DNA from: Candidatus Marinacidobacterales bacterium
GTDB taxonomy: Bacteria; Acidobacteriota; Vicinamibacteria; Marinacidobacterales; DATDRI01
Length of the DNA stretch: 64,000 nucleotides
Direction of reading: 5' to 3'
Assembly (NCBI GenBank): GCA_965219415.1
Contig: CBDCNP010000002.1
Coordinates: 2,944,001 to 3,008,000, forward strand
In this document: in pieces, positions 53,638 to 64,000 of the stretch
Layout of the letters: every line of letters begins with the position of its first letter
Numbering within the stretch: the first letter of the stretch is position 1
Made by a program: the position numbers and the translations under genes
The notes under the pieces: generated by a model
Seen by the model: only the letters and a program-made list of their open reading frames with translations
Databases searched by the model: none
Told to the model about the DNA's origin: nothing

Positions 53638-54468
53638 ATGAATAGACTAGATACCAAACGCCGCGTGCAAGTCGTTTCAGCTCTCGTTGAAGGAAACAGC
53701 CTTCGAGGAACCGCCCGCATGACGGGTGTGTCCAGGATGACAGTCGAAAAGCTTCTGCGCGACCTAGGCCACGTCTGTGCCATGTATCAGGACGTGGCGC
53801 TCCGCGACCTTTCCTGCAAGCGAATCCAGGTCGATGAAATCTGGAGCTTCGTTTACGCGAAGCAGAAAAATGTCACGGACAAGATTCGTCAGGAGCAGGG
53901 GCCGGACGTGGGCGACATTTGGACATGGACATCGCTTTGCGCCGATACCAAGCTTGTCCCGTGCTGGCTCGTAGGGGGCCGTGACGCGGGCTATGCGACC
54001 GAGTTTATGCAAGACCTAGCGGGTCGGTTAGCGAGCCGCGTACAGCTCACGAGCGACGGGAACCGGCTGTATCTCCAGGCCGTCGAGGATGCCTTCGGTG
54101 CTAGCATTGACTACGCCATGCTGGTCAAGCACTACGGGAGTGAACCAGAAGGTCAGCGGCGTTACAATCCTGCGGTTTGTACGGGAGCTTCCAAGATGCC
54201 AGTGAGCGGCAATCCCGACAGGAAGCACATCTCGACCAGCTACATCGAGCGTCAGAACCTAACTATGCGGATGAGCATGAAGCGGTTCGCCCGTCTCTCG
54301 AACGGATTCAGCAAGAAGGTCGAAAATCATCGGCACTCTGTCGCGCTCCACTACTTCTATTACAACTTCGTGCGAATCCATTCCTCTCTGCGCGTGACTC
54401 CCGCGATGTCGGCTGGAGTCACCGACAAGCTCTGGAGCATCGAGGATATGGTGGGGCTCCTAGATTGA
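53638..54468 (+). CDS. IS1-family DDE transposase
   Basis: LVEGNSLRGTAR, IQVDEIWSFV, LTSDG, IERQNLTMRM, GFSKK, TPAM motifs. Confidence 0.9.
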   Translation: MNRLDTKRRVQVVSALVEGNSLRGTARMTGVSRMTVEKLLRDLGHVCAMYQDVALRDLSCKRIQVDEIWSFVYAKQKNVTDKIRQEQGPDVGDIWTWTSLCADTKLVPCWLVGGRDAGYATEFMQDLAGRLASRVQLTSDGNRLYLQAVEDAFGASIDYAMLVKHYGSEPEGQRRYNPAVCTGASKMPVSGNPDRKHISTSYIERQNLTMRMSMKRFARLSNGFSKKVENHRHSVALHYFYYNFVRIHSSLRVTPAMSAGVTDKLWSIEDMVGLLD

Positions 54469-54500
54469 AACTAGACCACTACCGGCTTGCGGGTGTGATC

Positions 54501-55700
54501 GGTGCTTCCGCCATCAAGTGTTGCTACGCGGCTGCGGGCAGTGGTACAGGTGCGGAAGAGACCGGGTTGCGCGCCCTACTGAGCACGAAAACCTCGATCC
54601 GCGACCACAAAGGAATCGTCGTCGCCAAGAAGATGTCTCGAAAGGTGAGCCGTCGCGTCGTCAGACCAGCCTGCATAGCCGGAGTTCGGATCTCACGTCC
54701 GAACTTCAGAGCTCCGTGCGGTCGGACGAAGTTGTAATAGCAACGGAGCAACTCCAGGTGCTCATCGAGCCTCTCCGTCGAGCGAGCGTGGGAAAGCGTT
54801 CGTCTCGAAAGGTATGCCGAGCTTTGCCGGATGGTCAGATTCAACCGCTCGATGAACGAGGTGTTCAATGTCGAAGAGTCCTCGGAGTTATTGAGCGCGT
54901 CTTCGAATCGCCACGCGGCTCCGTGCAGCGCTCTCCGTTCGACCTTGATGATGCGATCGTTCCTGCGCGTCTTGAGGACCTGGCCGTAGAGACACGCTGG
55001 ACCGAAGAAGCGACGGATGACCTTCTGGTAGAATTCGAATCCATCCGTGACGATCAAGGGAAGACGCTCGAAATTCATCCGTCTCGAAAGGTCGCGAAAC
55101 AGAGCGTGAGTGTTCCGGTAGCTTCGCCTTCCCGTCACCGTCGATGGCCAGAGCCGAGACCAGACTTCGATTGTAACGAAGACCCAATTCGGCGTCTTCT
55201 TGTTGCCCGCGAACGTGCGAATCTCGTCGGCTTGAAGCTCTTCGGCAGCGAAGCCAGCGATCCTTCTGTGATTGAATCGACGACACACTTGAGCTGCCTT
55301 CTCGAGCCAGCGGGCGACGGTGTTCCAGGCAATCCCTTCGACCCGGGAAATCGAGGAAATGCTGACACCCTCGACTCTGAGAGCGATGACCCCATCGAAA
55401 GTAGCTCTTCGATGTTGGAGACGGTAGTAGGGCGTGCCTTTCGTCGAGGAGAACGTCTTTCCGCACTCGCCGCACCGGTATCGACGGCGTTTTCCGGACC
55501 TGGTTCGGTAGAATCCGTGGCTAACGATGTTTCCGGAACTGACTTTGCCCCGCAACGGACATGCGAGATTGAGACATCTGCGATTCTTCACTTTGGCTCG
55601 GCCCTGACGATGAGAGAACTGTGTCTTCGGAATTCTGGTTCAAACTCTAGCACGCAGACCGGTTAGGGGCTGGCCGCCAACACTTAATTGCGGAAGCACC
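54501..55700 (-). mobile_element. IS1-family element, copy 2; transposase 54524-55591
   Basis: Inverted near-identical copy of 49784-50983. Confidence 0.88.
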
Positions 55701-55787
55701 AAGCCATTCATAAGCAGAAGCTTAACCCAAGAAGGGTGGCGGTCGCGAACGTTGACTGCCGAGAGACGTTCGGTTACTCTCCAAGAC

Positions 55788-55976
55788 ATGAACGAACGCT
55801 TCCGTGTCGGTGTCGACATCGGTGGGACGTTCACCAACTTCGTGCTGTTCTACAAGACCGCAGGCAACCTGAAGCTCGAGAAGACCTACCGCACGCCGCA
55901 GGATCTGCGCCAAGCTCCCAGGCATCGAACCGCAGCGTATTCGAAAGGGGCAATCCAAGAACCGGCTGGCTCGTGA
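55788..55976 (+). pseudogene. Hydantoinase/oxoprolinase N-terminal remnant
   Basis: FRVGVDIGGTFTNFVL..K..TP, then degenerates. Confidence 0.6.
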
Positions 55977-56016
55977 TTCCCGTGAAGGGAGATCCAACTT
56001 CTTAGGAGGGAAGCAA

Positions 56017-56424
56017 ATGGCACATAAAAACTTTAGCGTGGCGGTCGACGATCTTCCATGGGAGCCGTGGGATCTCTATTTCAAGGGCGCACCGCCCAAT
56101 CCCGAGAGCGGCGAGTACGGTGGCTGGTGCAAAGTCCTGCGACGCCCCGAAGGTGAGGACCCAGCCTGGACGTTCTTGCTGAGGATCGTCCCCCCGGCCG
56201 GAAAGAAACTCCGTTTCGCCGCCATCGCCGGTAGTAACGAAGAGGGATATCTTTTGGCTGGCAGTGCAGTCGACGCTCAGGGCCGTCGTACCCTAGAGGC
56301 GGGAAGCTACTTTTTTACAGCCGCCGGCGCTCCACACGCCGGCTTCTTGAACGAAGAGCATCTGGTCCTTGTGCACTACGACGGCGACCCGGACATCGTT
56401 CGGGAGTTAGAGGTCGTGGACTGA
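56017..56424 (+). CDS. Cupin (ChrR-like) protein
   Basis: EEGYLLAGS..GSYFFTAAGAPHAG; GGAGG RBS. Confidence 0.6.
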   Translation: MAHKNFSVAVDDLPWEPWDLYFKGAPPNPESGEYGGWCKVLRRPEGEDPAWTFLLRIVPPAGKKLRFAAIAGSNEEGYLLAGSAVDAQGRRTLEAGSYFFTAAGAPHAGFLNEEHLVLVHYDGDPDIVRELEVVD

Positions 56425-56527
56425 GAGGCCTCGGGTGGATCCCACTGCAGGTCCTCAATCCGGTCAAGTTTGTGCGGAGCCCATGCCGCCGGTGTCATTT
56501 CCTTCGAAGTTGTCCCATCAACGAGTG

Positions 56528-57785
56528 TGAAGTGACCCCGCTTTCGTGGACAGGTTAAGAGTTAGGGATCAAGCGTCGCGATAGTACCTCCTTTCGAATT
56601 GGATAGGCGAGCAATAGTCGATGGCGGAGTGTCGTCGTCGCGGGTTGTACCAGCCTTCGATGAAATCGAAGGTCGCCATGCGCGCCTCAGCGTGGTAGCG
56701 AAACGACCGGCGCTCGATCAGCTCGCACTCGAGCGTCGCGAAGAAGCTCTCGCACATCGCATTGTCGTAACAGTCCCCGACCGAACCCATCGACGGTCGC
56801 ACCCCGGCCTCCCGGCATCGCTGGCCGAACGCTAGTGACGTGTACTGCGTGCCCTGGTCCGAGTGATGGATGACGTCGCCGGGCTTGCGTTGGAACAGCG
56901 CCATGTCGAGGGCGCTCAAGACGAGCGACGTCCGCAGGTGGGTAGCCATTGCCCATCCGACGATGCGTCGGCTGAAGGCGTCCAGCACGACGGCGAGGAA
57001 CAAGAAGCCCGACCACGTGGGCACGTAGGTGATATCGGCGACCCACAGGCGGTCGGGCCGGTCCACCTCGAAATTCCTGTCGACGAGATCGGGGGCGGGA
57101 CGGGCGTCGTCACAGCGAATCGTAGTGTGCGCCCTCTTGCGCCGGTGAACACCTTGAATGCCAGCCTCGCGCATCAGCCGCGCTACACGCTTGCGTGAGA
57201 CGTGGAGCTCGTGTGTCTCTCGTAGCTCGTGGAGGATCCTCGGCGCGCCGTACGTGCTCCGCGACGCGGTGTGAATCGCCCGGATCTTCTCAAGCAACTC
57301 CGCATCCGACACCGCGCGGGCCGACGGGGCACGCTCAAGCCACGCATAGTAGCCGCTGGCGGAGACGTCCAGCAGTCGGCACATCGTGGCAACCGGTAGT
57401 GAATCCTGGTTCGCCCTCACGAATCGGAAGGCTTCGGTGGTACCGACTCGGTCTCCCGAGCGAACCAGGCCGCGGCTTTTGAGAGGATCTCCCGCTCCAA
57501 CCGTAGTTGACGGTTCTCCCGTCGCAGGCGGCGGAGCTCCGCACGCTCCTCACTCGTCAGACCGTCCTGCCTGCGACCCTCGTCGAGATCCGCCTGGTTC
57601 ACCCAGTTCCGGATCGTCTGGCCCGAGGGCTCAAACTCTCGCGCCAGCTCTTCGGAGCCGCGGCCCGCTCGCACCAGCTCTACCATTTGGCGCCGGAACT
57701 CGGCCGCGTATCTGTTTCCCTGCTTTGACATCGTGGACTCCTGTCTCCCAAAGGATTAGGTGTCCACGAAAGCGGGTCAAGTCCA
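56528..57785 (-). mobile_element. IS3-family element (orfA 57417-57731, orfB 56569-57420)
   Basis: IRs TGAAGTGACCCCGCTTTCGTGGACA / TGTCCACGAAAGCGGGTCAAGTCCA; 3-bp TSD GTG; WVADITY, HSDQG, DNAMCESFF motifs. Confidence 0.95.
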
Positions 57786-57944
57786 GTGATCCTAAAAAAA
57801 GAAGATCGCGTACCGCTGGATCGACTTTTTGCGGAGCACAGGCTCCACCTTGCGAACAGCTTGGCTCGTCTGGGCAAGCTCGACGACCGTAAGCAGTGAT
57901 TGCGCCGGCCCGGGGAGTGGTAGTATCATTTTGGGTAGTCTCGA

Positions 57945-58685
57945 ATGAAACACATCAGACTAGTTGGGGCCTTCGTGCCAAAGAAAGATCGGTCGGAGGA
58001 ACTGCATCGCCAAGTAAACGAGCGCTATGGCGGCGAGGGTTTGACCCTCAGCGTAGGCTACCCAGAAGGGGAACCGGAGCTCGAAACAACGGAATCCGTC
58101 ACCGCGCTCAGCCTTTCTGTACCCCAGCTCATCACGGATGCCGTGAAGGCCGAGCGGGAAGGGGTGGATGGAATCGTCGTCAACTGCATGGCCGATCCTG
58201 GCGTGCGGGAGATGCGCGAGAATGTTGCCATCCCGGTGCTCGGGCCCGGCCAAACCTCGATGCATGTGGCCACCTTGGTGGGGCGACGGTTTAGTCTCCT
58301 GGTGACCAGCGAGTTCTCTGCGCGTTATTTCGAGGAACAGGCGGAGAAGGTAGGGCTGGGCGCGCGGCTCGCGTCCTGCGAAGTAGTTGGTATTCCGCCC
58401 GATGAGATAGGGGCCGATCCGGGACGAACCACAGCTTTACTGGTCGAAGCGGCCCGGAGAGCGATCTGCGGAGCGAATGCTGACACGCTGGTGCTTTGCT
58501 GCACGGGGTTCGCGTTTCTTGCCAGAGATCTCCGGAAGAAACTAGAGGCCATGAAGTTGAGAGTGCCCCTCATCGACCCGCTTGCCGTCACCATCCATAC
58601 ACTGGCGGTTCTCCTGGATGCCGGGCTCACCCACAGCCGAGTCGCTTACCCCGGTATTCGTGCGTCCCTGACCTCCAAAACATAG
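57945..58685 (+). CDS. Asp/Glu/hydantoin racemase family protein
   Basis: GVDGIVVNCMADPG..IPVLGP..LVLCCTG..P.IDP..HS..AYP. Confidence 0.85.
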   Translation: MKHIRLVGAFVPKKDRSEELHRQVNERYGGEGLTLSVGYPEGEPELETTESVTALSLSVPQLITDAVKAEREGVDGIVVNCMADPGVREMRENVAIPVLGPGQTSMHVATLVGRRFSLLVTSEFSARYFEEQAEKVGLGARLASCEVVGIPPDEIGADPGRTTALLVEAARRAICGANADTLVLCCTGFAFLARDLRKKLEAMKLRVPLIDPLAVTIHTLAVLLDAGLTHSRVAYPGIRASLTSKT

Positions 58686-58787
58686 GGCCGGAAGCAAAAA
58701 AGCCAGCCCTTTCGGGCCGGTGCTGTGATCCGCAAAAAAGAAGATCGCGCATATCAGGGCGTCACTGCCACTTGTGAGCGACGGTGC

Positions 58788-59658
58788 CCGTGAGGTCAAA
58801 ATACTCATGCGGCTTCCCGATGGTAGAAACGGAGCAACCCGCCAAGCCGTTCACGGGAGCGCACCTTGCGCTCGGACTGAGGTAACGGGTCGCTGGCTGG
58901 GAACAGCAGCAGATTCTCCTTGCCTTGATGATTCCTCTCATGATGATAGTAGACGACGTACTCCCTAAGCGCATGACGGAGCGACTTCTCGCCGAACAGG
59001 ATGAGCTTCGAGAGACATTCCTCTTTGACGGACTTCACCCAGCGCTCCGCGAACGAGTTCAAATCCGGGCTCCGTGCGGGCAGCTTGACGGGCGCGACGC
59101 CAACCCGTCTGCTCAAAATACTCGAACGCCGAGCGGGTCAGCAGTTTGCACCTTTCCAAGGGCCGCTTGAATCTGCCATCGCGGGTGGAGATTCTGCACG
59201 CTGTCGCCGCCGGGCCACCGACCGAAACGTCTTGGCGCGCCGGTCTTGAGTTCGTTTGTGTTTTTGGACACGACGGCGTCTTCTCACTAGCTGAGCGATT
59301 AGCGCTCGATTCGGCCCCGAAATGCCCTCCAATTGCATTTTTATGACCTGTTTTGCACCGTTACTGCTTGTTTGCTGCCAAGAGCCGAATAGCTCCACTT
59401 GCCCGTCTGGTCAAAATACTCGAACGCCCAGCGGGTCAGCAGTTTGCACGTCTACCATCACCACGAGAGGAATCATCCAGGCAAGGAGAATCTGCTGCTG
59501 TTCCCAGCCAGCAATCAGTTACCTCAGTCCGAGCGCAAGGTGCGCTCCCGTGAACGGCTTGGCAGGCTTCTACGTTTCTACCATCGGGAAGCCGCATGAG
59601 TATTTTGACCTCACGGGATGAATAAATAGAAGGCACAGCCGAGTTTTGGCACAGGACG
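58788..59658. mobile_element. Cluster of integrase-core element B fragments and orphan ends
   Basis: Two ..GLLRFYHREAA* fragments in opposite orientation, CCGTCTG(G/C)TCAAAATACTC ends, and a 160-bp segment shared with 37297-37458. Confidence 0.8.
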
Positions 59659-59752
59659 GGGTGTCTCGGACAGTGAGGTCAAACGCATCCGCCGTTTGAT
59701 CTGCGAGCCGTACGGAATGGTATTGGTGATGGGGCCCGAGCACGAGTCGGGA

Positions 59753-60187
59753 TCATCCGCCGATGCCGTCGGCAGAGAGGTAGGCGTCGAGCGAGTGGAG
59801 CTCCTGCGACAGGTCGTCGACCATGTTCCTCAACAAGTGTCGCGTCGATAGCATACCGGCGACGTTCCCCCCGCGGTCGATGATGGGAAGATGGCGAATG
59901 TGGTTGCTCGTCATCATCGCGAGAGCCTCGCGATGATGCATGTTGCTGGCAGCAACGATGGGCGGCGAGGTCATCACGTCGCGGATTGGGGTCTCATCCA
60001 AGTGGCTTCCTTTGGCCACCACACGCTTCAGGAGATCGCTAGCGGTGAAGATACCCTTCGCCGATTGGTTCTCCACCACCACGACTGCGCCGGCACCGCA
60101 GTCAACCATTGTTTCCACGGCGTGTCGGACCGTGGACTCGGTTCCGATCGTCACCGCCGGAGTCCGGGCGATCTTGAGCAGCCTCAT
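59753..60187 (-). CDS. CBS domain pair protein
   Basis: GAVVVV..GIFT..D..RVV..VMT..IRHLPI..GMLS. Confidence 0.85.
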   Translation of the reverse strand: MRLLKIARTPAVTIGTESTVRHAVETMVDCGAGAVVVVENQSAKGIFTASDLLKRVVAKGSHLDETPIRDVMTSPPIVAASNMHHREALAMMTSNHIRHLPIIDRGGNVAGMLSTRHLLRNMVDDLSQELHSLDAYLSADGIGG

Positions 60188-60467
60188 AAACTGGCCTCCT
60201 TGTCTCGCACCTTCGGCGTGGCGTTGGACGCGATCCCCGTACGGGCGTTCAGTTAGGCAACCGAGAAATCAGGTATAGCGTGCCTCCTCACGAGTAGGGG
60301 GAGGGCGACTTGTAGGGCGTAAATCTTGTACACCAATAAGCGGTCGGATTTCAACTCCAAGTCACATCGCAGCGCTGCTACTTCGACGTGAAAACATCTG
60401 GGTGTGGGCTCCGAGATATTGGGTCTGGGAACTAGCTCAGGGTTCGGGTTCCGGTTGCATTCTGGTG

Positions 60468-62157
60468 GGTGCTTCCGCCATCAAGTGATGGAATGGACTC
60501 CTCCACTGACATAGACGGCATCGATGTGCCAAAGTCAGTCGAATACGCATCGAAAAGGAGGAGTCCGAATGAAAGATACAACGATCGCTGTGGATCTTGC
60601 AAAGAACGTCTTCGAGATTGCCATCTCGGGAGAAGCGGGGAAGGTGTCCAAGCGACTCCGTGTGAGTCGACCCAAATTGGTGTCGTTCTTTGCCAAACAG
60701 AGCGCTGCCACCGTGCTTCTCGAAGCCTGCGGCTCGGCTCACTTCTGGGCAAGGACGTTCCGAAGGTTGGGACACGACGTCGTCCTGCTCCCACCTCACC
60801 TCGTGAGGCCGTATCGACGCGGGAGCAAGAACGACCGCGCCGACACGAAGGCGTTGCTCGAGGCCTACAGGAACGAGGAGCTTCTTCCCGTACCCATCAA
60901 GTCCGTGCAGCAGCACACCCTCGCTGCGCTCCATCGCCTGCGCTCAGGATGGCTCTCCACACGGACCGCACGCATCAATGCCGTACGCGGGCTCCTGCGC
61001 GAACTCGGATTCATCATCCCAAAGGGCGCTCACTTCGTCGTGCCCGCCCTCTTCGAACTCGTCGAAGACGCTGATTCTGATTTGCCCGACGTGCTCCGTT
61101 CGCATCTCCGTGATGCCTGCTCCGAGATTCGAGAACTCAAGGACAAGTGCGCTAGCATCGAGCACGAGCTCAAGGCGCTCACCAAGCAGGCTTCCTGAAG
61201 TCCAACGACTTCTCGCCATTCCCGGCATCGGACTTCTGACCGCGACCGCCATCGTGGGCTTCGTCGGCGATCTTCGCCGCTTCCCATCGGGGCGCCGCTT
61301 CTCGAGCTACCTCGGCCTAGTTCCCAAGGAAAACTCCAGTGGCGACATTCGCCGCCTCGGACGCATCACCAAGCGTGGCGACTCCTACCTCCGTATGCTC
61401 CTCACCCAGGGCGGGCGCGCCGTGCTCCGCGCGGCGAACGTCAGCAAGAGCCCGCCCGACAAGCTCCGCGCCTGGGCTCGGAAGGTCCACCGCTCGCGGG
61501 GACACAACAAGGCCGTGATTGCTGTCGCCAACAAACTCGCCCGGATCGTCTGGGCCGTCTCCACCCGCGAGAGTGAATTCCAGTCGCCGGTGGCCGCTTA
61601 GACTTAGAGGCTCCACTTTCGTGTTTTCCTTTTTCCCTTCCAAAAGAGGCTGCGACGATACCCATCCAACTGATGGCGTACCGGTCGGACCGGCGCGGGG
61701 TCAAGCCAATAGCAACACTGGCCCTAAGAGGCCGTTCAAAGTGATTGGCTCCTCGCGCGCGGATTTTCCATCATGGCCCGGAGCACCCAAGACGCTCCTC
61801 ACTGAGGCCGAAGATACGTTTGCAGTCTGACCCACTCGTCACGACGCGATGGATGCGCAGCTTCGATGGAAGATTTATTAAGAAAGGGGCTTGACTAGAA
61901 AGAAAGGGGCTTGACTAGAGGAGTCCAGATATGTTGCTACGCCGTGTTTGAATGCTAGTGTCAGCTGGCCTTCCTGTGTCGGCGAACGCCACTAATAAGG
62001 ATGTCAGCGTGCACACGAAGGTATCTCTGAACGTCAGGCACCGTGTGTTCAGCCCAGCCCGTATCGCCGAAAGAACTGCGTCTCTCGAAATCAGGCTCAA
62101 ACTCTAGCACACGAGCGGGTTACGCGGCAGATACCAACACTTGATGGCGGAAGCACC
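60468..62157. mobile_element. Second IS1-derived MITE with an IS110 insertion at the identical site
   Basis: GGTGCTTCCGCCATCAAGTG | IS110 | TTGCTACGCC..GCGGAAGCACC. Confidence 0.8.
60488..61933 (+). mobile_element. IS110 copy 2; recombinase 60569-61601 frameshifted by one extra G near 61190
   Basis: Near-identical to copy 1; AAGCAGGCTT versus AAGCAGCTT. Confidence 0.9.
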
Positions 62158-62545
62158 TCCTGTGCCAAAACTCGGCCCTTTAGAAATAGACCACAAATCA
62201 GCAGCTTAGACGCCCTTGGAATCCGCGCAGAATCCAGGGTATTTCGCGCCGCAGGGCTGACTTCCGACACCCATGGGCTGGCGGATGAATAAATAGAAGG
62301 CACACCTCTACACCCACATCGAGCCGCTTTTGGCCGGTGATGTTCCATTCTTGTGAATAGCCACGAACTAGGTCAGCATCTCCTCGTCGCTGTAATCCCA
62401 GGTGCGAAGTGTTCCCGGCTCGAGACGGATCATCGCAAAGTCGATTTCCTTCATACCATCGGCATAATCGTTTCCTCGAGCCTCACCGAGATAGCGGATG
62501 GCAAGGCGTCGCCGGTGATCTTCCATTCTTGTGAATAGCCACGAA

Positions 62546-62980
62546 CTAGGTCAGCATCTTCTCGTCGCTGTAATCCCAGGTGCGAAGTGTTCCCGGCTCG
62601 AGACGGATCATCGCAAAGTCGATTTCCTTCATAGCGTCGGCATAATCGTTTCCTCGAGCCTCACCGAGATAGCGGATGGCAAGGCGCCGTAGGACGTCGA
62701 GGCCGTCAGTCGGGTGCGAAACCTTAGCCTCTCCTCGTATTTCAATGCCCCGATACGGCGGCTGGCTGTCGGCTACTACGACGGATGCCATGGGGTTATG
62801 GTCGAGGTGCCTGGTCTTCACATCCTTTGCGAAGGTCATCACCGTGAACCCGCCGTCCCTGAACTCGTGCCAGACCGGTGACAACAACGAGTGGCCGTTT
62901 TGCATGTGGGTCGCGAGAATCGCCACGGTCGAGCCGGTAAGCAGGTCGCCTAGCTCTTCGGGTTTGAGGTTCTTGCGCAT
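62546..62980 (-). CDS. PPOX-like protein, copy 2 (with an extra 3'-end duplicate at ~62367-62511)
   Basis: Differs from 33504-33938 at about 5 residues. Confidence 0.8.
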   Translation of the reverse strand: MRKNLKPEELGDLLTGSTVAILATHMQNGHSLLSPVWHEFRDGGFTVMTFAKDVKTRHLDHNPMASVVVADSQPPYRGIEIRGEAKVSHPTDGLDVLRRLAIRYLGEARGNDYADAMKEIDFAMIRLEPGTLRTWDYSDEKMLT

Positions 62981-63230
62981 GTCGCACCTCCTGGAAAAAG
63001 ATAATCTACTCTGTCCTGTGCCAAAACTCGGCTCTTTTGAAATAGGCCATAAATCAGCAGCTTAGTGTCTGTGTTTGCGACCGGGCCAAGGCGGCCCAAG
63101 GCGGCCCAAGGGTCTTGAGTTCGTTGCCCAGCCCTTGATGGTTGTGCTCTCCATGATAATGATAGATGAACTCGGCGACGGCCCGTCGCGCGGGTCTTAG
63201 AGTTCGTTTGTATTTCTGGACACGACGCGG

Positions 63231-63574
63231 TCAATGCACTTTGTATTTCGGCGGATCGGGCTCGAAGCTCTCGGGTCGGCTGTCCACCACCGGGCCCGAG
63301 TCGGCCTCGAATCCCATCCCGGAGACGTGCACGTGCAATCGATTTTCTTCGACCGCTTTACGGAAGCGCGCCAGCAAGGTGTCTTTGATAAGGTTGCGGA
63401 AGCCGGGCACGAGCAACGAGAAGCCGAATGCGTCGGTGAAGATCCCCGGTGTCATCAGCAGTGCGCCCGCGACGAGGATCATGACGCCGTCCGCAAGCGA
63501 GCCTGCGGGGACCTCGCCACGGGCCATCTGCTTCTGAGCGCGGGTCAAAACCGAGAGACCTTGCCGCCGTGCCT
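63231..63574 (-). pseudogene. fxsA: FxsA family protein, 5'-truncated
   Basis: G.VP..LADG..ILVAGALLMTPGIFTDAFGFSLLVP; begins at a MITE end. Confidence 0.75.
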
Positions 63575-63665
63575 GTGCCTTCTATTTATTCATCCGCGCG
63601 CACCGAACTTGCTAAGCTGCTGATTTATGGTCTATTTCGAAAGATCCGAGTTTTGGCACAGGACG

Positions 63666-64000
63666 GGATGACCCGCCGCCAATAGCGTCTTCTGAACTCT
63701 CCGCAGAAAATCGGGTGATTTCAGCATTTCGCTACTAAAGTGAGGACCGGAGGGGAGCACCAAGTCGCATACACGTCCATTTTTATCCAGTTTGTAGAGT
63801 ATGACAGTGGCTTGTCTATCGGGAGCCTTTCCTTCGTGAGCTTCTCCTTTTGCTTGTGCCCCCCACCTCTCGGGGAACCGCCGCGCGAGCAGCCACATCG
63901 AAGCATCCGCCTTCGGCGGGGTAAACTTCGACACGATCGTAGCGTACTTGACCTTCCCGTCTTTCAACCGGCCGTTTAGGATTTCGCCGCCCTTGTATTT
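63666..64000 (-). pseudogene. Hypothetical protein fragment cut at the dispersed end; starts beyond the window
   Basis: Contains WLLARRFPERWG, reminiscent of phage terminase-small-like proteins. Confidence 0.35.

Larger units (their letters stand above)
51113..54483 (+). mobile_element. Cargo-carrying IS1-family transposon
   Basis: Perfect IRs GGTAGTGGTCTAGTTT / AAACTAGACCACTACC; 8-bp TSD GGCTTGCG at 51105-51112 and 54484-54491. Confidence 0.92.

Noticed and set aside
49784-55700. Composite transposon formed by the inverted IS1 copies
   Set aside because: No shared target duplication on the outer flanks, and the inner cargo element has its own IRs and TSD.

Overview
A 64 kb, GC-rich bacterial window. 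The gene styles (carboxypeptidase-regulatory TonB receptor, sulfatase-TPR, lipoproteins) suggest Acidobacteriota/Vicinamibacteria; this is inference. The first ~9 kb is a TonB-dependent receptor divergent from four tandem PA+M28 peptidase-like domains. The rest is a heavily scrambled mobile/defence region. It holds integrase-core (IS481/IS3-like) elements and at least 16 copies of one orphan element end, three IS3 copies, IS256, an IS5 fragment, two IS1-family copies, and a cargo-carrying IS1 with HigBA. Two IS110/IS1111 copies have a downstream non-coding region with readable target and donor guides aimed at the IS1 terminal repeat. There is also a decayed DUF2924/serine recombinase module and an orphan 27-repeat type I-G-like CRISPR array. 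Candidate defence modules: a TIR-NTPase / tandem CARF-like / DNA methyltransferase operon, an MTase-helicase-nuclease-MORC operon split by IS256, Nmad2-Nmad3 next to DUF429, an Apea-type HEPN protein, a HicA-like toxin with a large partner, and a PRTase-CE-like fragment. All family assignments come from motif recognition by eye, not database searches.
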